This document shows positions 14,317-20,000 of a stretch of DNA of 20,000 nucleotides, piece by piece. The DNA comes from an uncultured virus (IMG/VR IMGVR_UViG_3300042016_000026). Lineage: Duplodnaviria > Heunggongvirae > Uroviricota > Caudoviricetes > Schitoviridae. Made by a program: the position numbers and the translations under genes. The notes under the pieces were generated by a model. It was not told where the DNA came from, did no database searches, and saw only the letters and a list, made by a program, of their open reading frames with translations. The stretch's first letter is position 1; each line of letters starts with the position of its first letter. The stretch lies in IMG/VR virus record IMGVR_UViG_3300042016_000026; one strand, 5' to 3'.

Positions 14317-14437
14317 GATAGATCCTGTTCAGAGAACTTTCGTTTTATGAGGGGTTGGAAATTTGAGGCCAAAAATGGTGGCCCTATCGTAGCGGCTGAT
14401 GGCACAAGCGCCACCAGTGTCGGACGAATCGCCGCAA

Positions 14438-14623
14438 TTAGCGGGGTGGCTGAGGTGCTGCCAGCTTCAGCAGGGTGTTGTGATACGAACCGAATAGCTG
14501 ACGCAAATGGTTCGTGGTCAACACCCCATCGTCCAGTGCATAGATAGCCTCCGCGACTACGTCATGGAGGTTGTCATACACGGGAAAGACGGGGTTATGA
14601 ACCGGAGGGATGAAATGATACAT
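14438..14623 (-). CDS. Small hypothetical protein (61 aa)
   Basis: AGGAG RBS. The C-terminal L..YHNTLL motif is recalled from small proteins of N4-like phages. Confidence 0.75.
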   Translation of the reverse strand: MYHFIPPVHNPVFPVYDNLHDVVAEAIYALDDGVLTTNHLRQLFGSYHNTLLKLAAPQPPR

Positions 14624-14631
14624 GAATGCTC

Positions 14632-15135
14632 CTAAACGGAGCTTTCGCCCCGGGATTCGATAATAGCGAGGTCGATTGCCTCACGTTTGATTTTGCGGGC
14701 TTCTTCGCTGGAGGCTTTGAAGTCCTCAGCGGTAAAGCGCATGGCTGGGTATTCTTTGTCACTCATGGTGCCTTCAGTGACATAAATGGCGTAATGACGC
14801 CCTTCGCTGCCCCAACCTTCGATTTCAGTAACGACCTGACGGCCTTTACGCAAGATGAAGTCGAGGCGCTCGGTATCGCTGATTTCTTCCTTGGTTTCAG
14901 GTTCCTCATGGGATGCCATGAACTCACGGAATTCCAGCAGCAATGGTCGCAGTTCTACAGGAGTCTTGTAATGCTCCTGCTTATTGCGGGTCACCACGCT
15001 GTTGTGACCGCCATAGGCGATGCGGATGACTTCCCACAGGCCAATGCCCGGGTTCCAGCCAACGCCACGCACGTCGAGCCACGCTTTGAGCGCAGGAATG
15101 TCTTCCTGTCGGAGATAGCCAACATCGTTTGCCAT
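14632..15135 (-). CDS. Hypothetical protein (167 aa)
   Basis: Tightly packed ORF with AAGGTG RBS. ISDTERLDFI...REAIDLA motif is common in phage accessory proteins. Confidence 0.75.
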   Translation of the reverse strand: MANDVGYLRQEDIPALKAWLDVRGVGWNPGIGLWEVIRIAYGGHNSVVTRNKQEHYKTPVELRPLLLEFREFMASHEEPETKEEISDTERLDFILRKGRQVVTEIEGWGSEGRHYAIYVTEGTMSDKEYPAMRFTAEDFKASSEEARKIKREAIDLAIIESRGESSV

Positions 15136-15137
15136 GG

Positions 15138-15464
15138 TTACACCTTCACATCAATGATTGGGGAATCATCCACCAGACTTTCCTGATAGATGCCGTGGCG
15201 CTGGATCAGCGCGTAATACTTGTTGTTTGCGGCTTCTACTTCACGCATACGGATTTGATTACAACGCATAGCGAGCATGTGCTGATTGGCCAACTTTCTC
15301 GCATCGTTGAGCTGCTTTTGTACCACTTCCAGCTCTTTTACCACGGCCTCGTAGGAAGCCTTGGTAACCAGCGGGATTACGGTCAAATGGTCGGCATTGT
15401 CTGCCCAACCTGGGTAAATCGAGTGTAGTGTTTCAGCTCCGTCTGAATCTCGGATCGCCCACAT
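15138..15464 (-). CDS. Hypothetical coiled-coil protein (108 aa)
   Basis: Tightly packed ORF; PLV...YEAVVKELE coiled coil. Confidence 0.7.
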   Translation of the reverse strand: MWAIRDSDGAETLHSIYPGWADNADHLTVIPLVTKASYEAVVKELEVVQKQLNDARKLANQHMLAMRCNQIRMREVEAANNKYYALIQRHGIYQESLVDDSPIIDVKV

Positions 15465-15466
15465 AG

Positions 15467-15655
15467 TTAATCTCGCAGTTCAGCAAAACCTTCGGCGACC
15501 ATACGATCAAGCACATCTTTGCGCTTCTCGGTCTGACCTTCAGGATGCTCGTGGATATTGTTGGATTCGTTACCGAGAACCCACATGTCATGCATGATTG
15601 AGCGTAGCTTCTCGGAACGGATTTTCAAGTGACGGGTGTAGTGCGGATGGGCCAT
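15467..15655 (-). CDS. Hypothetical protein (62 aa)
   Basis: Fills the gap on the coding strand with 2-11 nt spacers. Confidence 0.65.
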   Translation of the reverse strand: MAHPHYTRHLKIRSEKLRSIMHDMWVLGNESNNIHEHPEGQTEKRKDVLDRMVAEGFAELRD

Positions 15656-15666
15656 GCAATTCTCAG

Positions 15667-16029
15667 TTAAAGAAGCGCATCCCGGACAAGGAACAGTCGA
15701 CGGCGGGAGATTTCCAAAGGTTTATCCACAAACCGCACAGAGGCGTCGTGATACTTCGGATTACTCAAGCGCGGCATGTATCCCAACAGGAAACGCTTAC
15801 GGACGATGATATAACGGTTGATGTGCACGAAACTGCCCGGGTGAGCAGACAACATGCGCAACAACGACGTGTCGTTGGTGACAAGCATGTCCATGACGTT
15901 GTCATGACGCATGTAGTGAATTTTGATCAGCTTTTCGTCGGCTTCCGCGTAGACGATACGTTTCGCTTCGCAGACCTTTTGTTGGTCGCCGTAGTGGTAC
16001 TGCCGGTACGTTGCGGTCCCGTCTTGCAT
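15667..16029 (-). CDS. Stand-alone LytTR-family DNA-binding protein (120 aa)
   Basis: IVYAEADEKLIKIH...SL...FVHINRYIIV...PLEISRRR...VRDAL follows the LytTR consensus (I.YiEa..ky..ih...sL...F.RiHRS.iV...lpvSRr). GGGAG RBS. Confidence 0.75.
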   Translation of the reverse strand: MQDGTATYRQYHYGDQQKVCEAKRIVYAEADEKLIKIHYMRHDNVMDMLVTNDTSLLRMLSAHPGSFVHINRYIIVRKRFLLGYMPRLSNPKYHDASVRFVDKPLEISRRRLFLVRDALL

Positions 16030-16361
16030 GTTTGATTCTCCCGATAGAACTTCGGTGGTCGTTTGAAGAACAAGCCCATGTTGTGGGCATCCTTCTTCTT
16101 ACGATACACGGTCAGACGGGGAATTTCACCCGTAAGGAAGCGGGCAGCATCTTTCGGGTCGACATAACCCAGCTTCCCGTTACATACGGTCAGCTCTTTA
16201 CGTTTGAAGCCAGCTTCGAGAACTTTGCGGGCTTCTTTGAGGGCAGCGATCAGAACGCGGGCGCCTTCTGCTTGCTCTTCTGGTTTGGTGCCTGGGTCCA
16301 TGGTTGCCAGAAACTTATCAACGGCTGCCAGCGGGATTGGGAGATTTTGTACTTGAGACAT
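15927..16361 (-). CDS. Hypothetical protein (144 aa; C-terminus overlaps LytTR gene by 103 nt)
   Basis: AAGGA RBS and ATG at 16361. Basic Ser/Thr-rich tail in the overlap. Confidence 0.7.
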   Translation of the reverse strand: MSQVQNLPIPLAAVDKFLATMDPGTKPEEQAEGARVLIAALKEARKVLEAGFKRKELTVCNGKLGYVDPKDAARFLTGEIPRLTVYRKKKDAHNMGLFFKRPPKFYRENQTCKTGPQRTGSTTTATNKRSAKRNVSSTRKPTKS

Positions 16362-16392
16362 GGGATATCCTTGTTTACTTACTGGATTAGTT

Positions 16393-16410
16393 GCCCGGGT
16401 TGCCCCGGGC
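16393..16410 (-). promoter_or_regulatory. Intergenic GCAA-tetraloop hairpin without U-tract
   Basis: Minus strand GCCCGGG-GCAA-CCCGGGC, 4 nt after the stop at 16415. Confidence 0.5.
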
Positions 16411-16414
16411 GGGT

Positions 16415-17023
16415 TTACTCAGGGGAATCATCAGACTGCACGGAGTGCAGCGGAACTGAGGCCATCATCACCTTGTTGTAGATCTTCTTGGCGTTGAAGC
16501 CAGGAATCCACGGGTGATCAGGACCACCGTCGAATTGCTCGGCGACCTCTTTCACCACGTTGCGCAGCATCGTGATTTCATCGTGCTGACTGGTCAGCAG
16601 ATCACTGATCTGGCGTACCGACATCTTCTCGATGTACGCGTAGCTGACCACGTCCCGCACAGTGCGCGGTTGCAATTGTGCTTGGAGCTGGGCGATGGTG
16701 GCTTGCAGTTCGGCGAGTTCGGGAGGGGCGGTGAACTCCTTGTACGCAACCCATAGGCCTTGCACATACTCGTCGGCGTAACCGGTGCGGTCGTCGCCGC
16801 GGGCCAAGGAGCGGCCATCAAGAAAGCCGAATACGGGATGCTTGGTTGCCATAACCCACTTCTCGAAACTCTCGCGCTTGCCTTCCGGCTGGTGCTCGAC
16901 GACAGGGGCGGCGATACTCAAGGCTTGAGCCAAGTCCCAGCATTGATTTGAAGTCAGCACAGGTGCGCCTCGAACCTTGCTGAGCGCGGCAGCGACATCG
17001 ACCATCGTGATTTTACTGCTCAT
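16415..17023 (-). CDS. Hypothetical mosaic accessory protein (202 aa)
   Basis: RESFEKW...Y...VQGLW module and a PPELAELQATIAQLQ coiled-coil motif typical of Pseudomonas phage/prophage accessory proteins. AAGGAG RBS. Confidence 0.75.
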   Translation of the reverse strand: MSSKITMVDVAAALSKVRGAPVLTSNQCWDLAQALSIAAPVVEHQPEGKRESFEKWVMATKHPVFGFLDGRSLARGDDRTGYADEYVQGLWVAYKEFTAPPELAELQATIAQLQAQLQPRTVRDVVSYAYIEKMSVRQISDLLTSQHDEITMLRNVVKEVAEQFDGGPDHPWIPGFNAKKIYNKVMMASVPLHSVQSDDSPE

Positions 17024-17027
17024 TTGC

Positions 17028-17360
17028 TTACTCCTTCGGCTTTATCAGCCACGATTTGAGCAGTCCCCAGAAGCCTGTCGGCTCGCTCTGCTTCTTTATC
17101 AGGGCAGCCACCAGAGGGTTCACTGGCTTCTGGTGCATGACCTGGGTCACGCCATGACTGTCCTGCAGGTGCAGACTCGACTTCGCGTTGCGCGTACGCT
17201 CTTCAGCGCCGTGACGGTAGCCGATGTGATAGCGATGAACGTGGCGATGGGTCTTCTTGATGGTCTTGGGGTGACCGGCGATGCCGTCACCGTAACCACG
17301 GGTATACGTCTCGTGGCCGAGGTTGATTTCAGACTGGTTGCGCTGTTTATTCTTGCTCAT
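17028..17360 (-). CDS. Hypothetical protein with RMF-like N-terminal motif (110 aa)
   Basis: YTRGYGDGIAGHPK...YHIGYRHG resembles RMF RGYQAGIAGRSK...WLGGWREA. AAGGAG RBS and TAATG overlap. Confidence 0.65.
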   Translation of the reverse strand: MSKNKQRNQSEINLGHETYTRGYGDGIAGHPKTIKKTHRHVHRYHIGYRHGAEERTRNAKSSLHLQDSHGVTQVMHQKPVNPLVAALIKKQSEPTGFWGLLKSWLIKPKE

Positions 17361-17542
17361 TACAGCTCCTTGACGATGACTGAGGTGGCTTCTGTGTGCA
17401 CAGCCTCGTATTGTTTACGGGTCAGCCCGTTGTACGCAGGTGCAAAGGCACCCGGGATACTGCAAGCCTCTATTTGTACCTCGGCAATTTCACAATTGCC
17501 TTGGTCGATCCAGATCACAGCAAATAGCTTTAACACCGGCAT
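17360..17542 (-). CDS. Hypothetical protein (60 aa)
   Basis: AGGAG RBS; coupled to the next gene. Confidence 0.7.
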   Translation of the reverse strand: MPVLKLFAVIWIDQGNCEIAEVQIEACSIPGAFAPAYNGLTRKQYEAVHTEATSVIVKEL

Positions 17543-17544
17543 GA

Positions 17545-17826
17545 TTACTCCTGCGCGCTGGGCGCACCGATGTAGGGTTTGGTTTCCGGGAACTGCTGGC
17601 GCAAATCCCCGAAGATGGAACCGAATCCCCAGGCCATGAAGCCGGGGGACTTGTTCTTGATTACTTCCAACAGCCGGCCGACATCATCCGGCAGGAAGGT
17701 ATAGGGCTGTTGCCCAAGATACTGCTTTTGACTTTTACCGACGTCACTTTCCTCGACTACATAGGCAGTGCGTTGCACTTCCAGTGAGTCGACCTCATGT
17801 CGCCGTGTTTCGCTGACTTTCTTCAC
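17545..17826 (-). CDS. Hypothetical protein (~93 aa, probable GTG start)
   Basis: AAGGAAAGG upstream of GTG at 17826; reads VKKVSETRRHEVDSLEVQRTAYVVEESDVGK... Confidence 0.65.
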   Translation of the reverse strand: MKKVSETRRHEVDSLEVQRTAYVVEESDVGKSQKQYLGQQPYTFLPDDVGRLLEVIKNKSPGFMAWGFGSIFGDLRQQFPETKPYIGAPSAQE

Positions 17827-18085
17827 GGAGGCGCCTTTCCTTTGCTTTGTGATACTTAATGGAGGACTTGGACATGCCTCGACGCTTAATGCGCCGGAAT
17901 TGCACAGGTTCATACCCGAGACGTTTGATTACGATGTCCAAGCGTTGCTTGTCGCAAAAACCAAGGAAGTGAGCAGCTTCTTCGCCGGTATGTCCAAGTT
18001 TGGCTAAGCGAATCAACGCAGCCTGAAACTTTTCACCGGTGAGTTGCTCATACTGTTCAATGATCTTTGTGGCGTGCATCGCCAT
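17795..18085 (-). CDS. Putative HTH DNA-binding protein (96 aa)
   Basis: LIRLAKLGHTGEEAAHFLGF...RLDIVIKRLG is HTH-like; basic C-terminus. Confidence 0.55.
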   Translation of the reverse strand: MAMHATKIIEQYEQLTGEKFQAALIRLAKLGHTGEEAAHFLGFCDKQRLDIVIKRLGYEPVQFRRIKRRGMSKSSIKYHKAKERRLREESQRNTAT

Positions 18086-18316
18086 CTACTTGGCGACCCA
18101 CTTCCAGTAGCCACGGACAAACTTAATCTTGCCGCGGGCTTTCCATTGACGAATGAGCTTGGCGGCTACGTCTTGAACATCATCGACGGCAGCACGGGCT
18201 CGATTGACCTGATCCGCGAGGGTACCCAGGGTGAACGACGGTACAGTGCAGGCCCATACCGTTACTTTATTGGTTTGCTCTTCAGACAGCATGTTCTTCG
18301 TTTCCATCGCCTGCAT
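18086..18316 (-). CDS. Small putative winged-helix protein (76 aa)
   Basis: SFTLGTLA...AAKLIRQWKARGKIKFVRGYWKW shows a helix plus beta-wing pattern. Confidence 0.55.
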   Translation of the reverse strand: MQAMETKNMLSEEQTNKVTVWACTVPSFTLGTLADQVNRARAAVDDVQDVAAKLIRQWKARGKIKFVRGYWKWVAK

Positions 18317-19016
18317 CTCTCACTTCCTGTATTTTGAGTGCGCAAATACGCAGCATTTCGAGTCGTTGGATCAAACTGCCTTCGTATTTGGAGATTGTGT
18401 GTTCATACCATTCGGAGCCGAGATAAAGCTCTTCGCAGTTCTCGCTGATGTAGCTTTCGACTGCCTGAAGGCCGTTAGGCGCACGATCTTCTAGCAATGT
18501 GTTCACTGCGTCAGGGAAGCTATCGAAATGCATGTGTACCTGTTCAGGCGCATGCTTTTCCATCTCTTCGATGACCATTTCGAGCGTGATAGGCGCAGAG
18601 CCTCCAACCCACTCAGCAAGTTCGATTTCATCGTCACCATCGGTGTAAGGAACGAACTCTTCCTCTAACAGCCGGCAACCTGCCTCGACCAGCACTTGTC
18701 GGAGCGCATCCTCATCAAGCTCACGCTTGTTGTAGTATTCCGGCTCCAACTTGCTGATCATGTACTGACAGACTGACTCCCGGGCCAGGAAGTCGATTCC
18801 ATAGGCAGAGCCGACCTTGAATACCAGTGAATCGACATCACCATACATGGCAATACCGAAGCGACTGATAACCAGATCGAAGCCATAGCAGGAACTGCCC
18901 TTGTTGGTGCAGCGCCAGACTTCAGTTGGACCATTGCCACAAACGCGCTCGACTGTGTGGTCTTTCACGTTTTCAGCAGCCCACTGTAGCTCTTGGACGA
19001 ACTTGTCCTTAATCAT
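18282..19016 (-). CDS. Conserved phage hypothetical protein (244 aa)
   Basis: H.......G..EVWRC...GSSCYGFDL......IAMYGD...LVF...Y..SKL pattern of a widespread phage family. Confidence 0.75.
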   Translation of the reverse strand: MIKDKFVQELQWAAENVKDHTVERVCGNGPTEVWRCTNKGSSCYGFDLVISRFGIAMYGDVDSLVFKVGSAYGIDFLARESVCQYMISKLEPEYYNKRELDEDALRQVLVEAGCRLLEEEFVPYTDGDDEIELAEWVGGSAPITLEMVIEEMEKHAPEQVHMHFDSFPDAVNTLLEDRAPNGLQAVESYISENCEELYLGSEWYEHTISKYEGSLIQRLEMLRICALKIQEVRDAGDGNEEHAV

Positions 19017-19281
19017 CGAGTAACCCCTTGAACTTTATCTGACTGGCTTCAATAGGCCCGCCAACAAGCTGAGCAATCAAATGTGCGCCATGCTCTACGT
19101 GAGCGATAAACTCAGCTTCATCTTTGGCCGTAGGGTGGGCTGCGCTGAACTGACGCATAGCGCCAACCATGTAAGCCAGCCGAGCCAGCAGGTATGCCAC
19201 TTTGGCTGAGCCTTCGGGCACAACTTTGAGTGAAACAAGCTTACCGTCTTGGAAAAAATCGGGAATGTTTAAATTGCTCAT
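19009..19281 (-). CDS. Hypothetical protein (90 aa)
   Basis: GAGGTG RBS; first gene after the RNAP2 terminator. Confidence 0.7.
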   Translation of the reverse strand: MSNLNIPDFFQDGKLVSLKVVPEGSAKVAYLLARLAYMVGAMRQFSAAHPTAKDEAEFIAHVEHGAHLIAQLVGGPIEASQIKFKGLLDD

Positions 19282-19322
19282 GGTTTACTCACCTCAGCCC
19301 TCTTCTGGGCGTCTTCTCAAAG

Positions 19323-19354
19323 AAAAAAAGATGTCCTCCCCCTTTCGGGGAAGG
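19323..19354 (-). terminator. Rho-independent terminator after RNA polymerase subunit gene
   Basis: Minus strand CCTTCCCC-GAAA-GGGGGAGG-ACATC-TTTTTTT. Confidence 0.7.
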
Positions 19355-19386
19355 CTCATCAAAGCGTACGGAGTACGCTACTCTTC

Positions 19387-19998
19387 TTAGCTTAAGGCGT
19401 AATTGCTGTTCAGAATCAGCGCAGCCAGCTCATCGGCGTCGTGTTGACCGTCATAAGTCGGAGTAACCCCGGTGATTTGCTCATAGATGTCCTCAAGTAC
19501 ACGCGCACGGGCCAGATCGGCCATGATTTGTGCATAAGTGAGACGCATCCAGTTGCAATTGTTGGCGTGGCACTTGAACTCATCGTGAACGGTGACGATC
19601 TCGAAAGGAACACGAGCCAACACCTGCGAAGCCAGATGAATCATCTGAGCGATGTGTTTATCAGCCATGTATTGCACGTCGTCGCAGGTCAGGTAGCTGA
19701 ACAGGCGAGCGGCCGGCATTTCGCAACCGCCCCAGACAGCAATAAGCTGTTGGGCCATGTTGGTGGCTTCAGTCAGATCGACTTCTGCACGAATGCCCTT
19801 GGCGCGCATGTCTTGCTCATATTGCAGTTCGTACAGCGCGTTCTTCACGGCGACGAAGTTGTAGTTGCAGCGCAGCTCCATTTCACGCAGCAGGTAGGCG
19901 TCCAGTGAGTGAGTCACGTTGGCCACCAGCTTCAGGTCGGTCTTGGTACCCTCGTTGATGTAATAGTCATAGGTGAAGGTGGCGCCGTCCAGCTCGTC
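19387..19998 (-). CDS. N4-like RNA polymerase II subunit 2 (gp16-like, T7-type), C-terminal part; 5' end outside window
   Basis: Frame is open to the window edge (DELDGATFTYDYYINEG...). ANVTHSLDA (cf. T7 PNFVHSQD) and TVHDEF (cf. T7 IHDSF motif C); ends NSNYALS. Confidence 0.92.
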   Translation of the reverse strand, partial: DELDGATFTYDYYINEGTKTDLKLVANVTHSLDAYLLREMELRCNYNFVAVKNALYELQYEQDMRAKGIRAEVDLTEATNMAQQLIAVWGGCEMPAARLFSYLTCDDVQYMADKHIAQMIHLASQVLARVPFEIVTVHDEFKCHANNCNWMRLTYAQIMADLARARVLEDIYEQITGVTPTYDGQHDADELAALILNSNYALS

Positions 19999-20000
19999 GA

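Noticed and set aside
14392..14435. Hammerhead-like look on + strand (CTGATGG...GAAT)
   Set aside because: The core does not match CUGANGA/GAAA, and the stems fit better on the opposite strand.
1..20000. tRNA, CRISPR array, integrase/IS elements, N4 vRNAP hairpin promoters
   Set aside because: None recognised by eye. Intergenic gaps are short and lack cloverleaf or repeat-spacer patterns, and early promoters are expected outside this window.

Overview
This window is a 20-kb internal segment of an N4-like (Schitoviridae-type) lytic phage genome, most likely infecting Pseudomonas. The host is inferred from the tail-fibre, endolysin, DUF2514 spanin and accessory-protein families. The + strand (1-2539) carries the end of an inverted tail/lysis module: a tail-protein C-terminus, two paralogous tail-fibre proteins ending in GRWF, an endolysin, and an Rz i-spanin with an embedded Rz1 o-spanin. 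The - strand (2554-20000) carries the 'middle' region, read right to left: RNAP II subunit 2 (partial), about 12 small accessory genes (including stand-alone LytTR and RMF-like proteins), a minimal ClpX-like ATPase, a MoxR-like AAA ATPase plus VWA-metallopeptidase pair, a Dda-like helicase, a family A DNA polymerase, a dCMP deaminase, further small genes and a holin that converges on the endolysin/spanin genes. The most notable observations are: a 10-bp inverted repeat that buries the holin Shine-Dalgarno and has a -10-like box in its loop (a possible T4 gene-e-type lysis-timing switch); two unannotated paralogous ~55-aa genes 9 kb apart; a 17-codon hydrophobic microgene coupled at both ends; recurrent GCAA-tetraloop hairpins; and a ClpX-like protein lacking the IGF loop and the pore-loop Tyr. 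All family calls come from motif recognition by eye, not from database searches.
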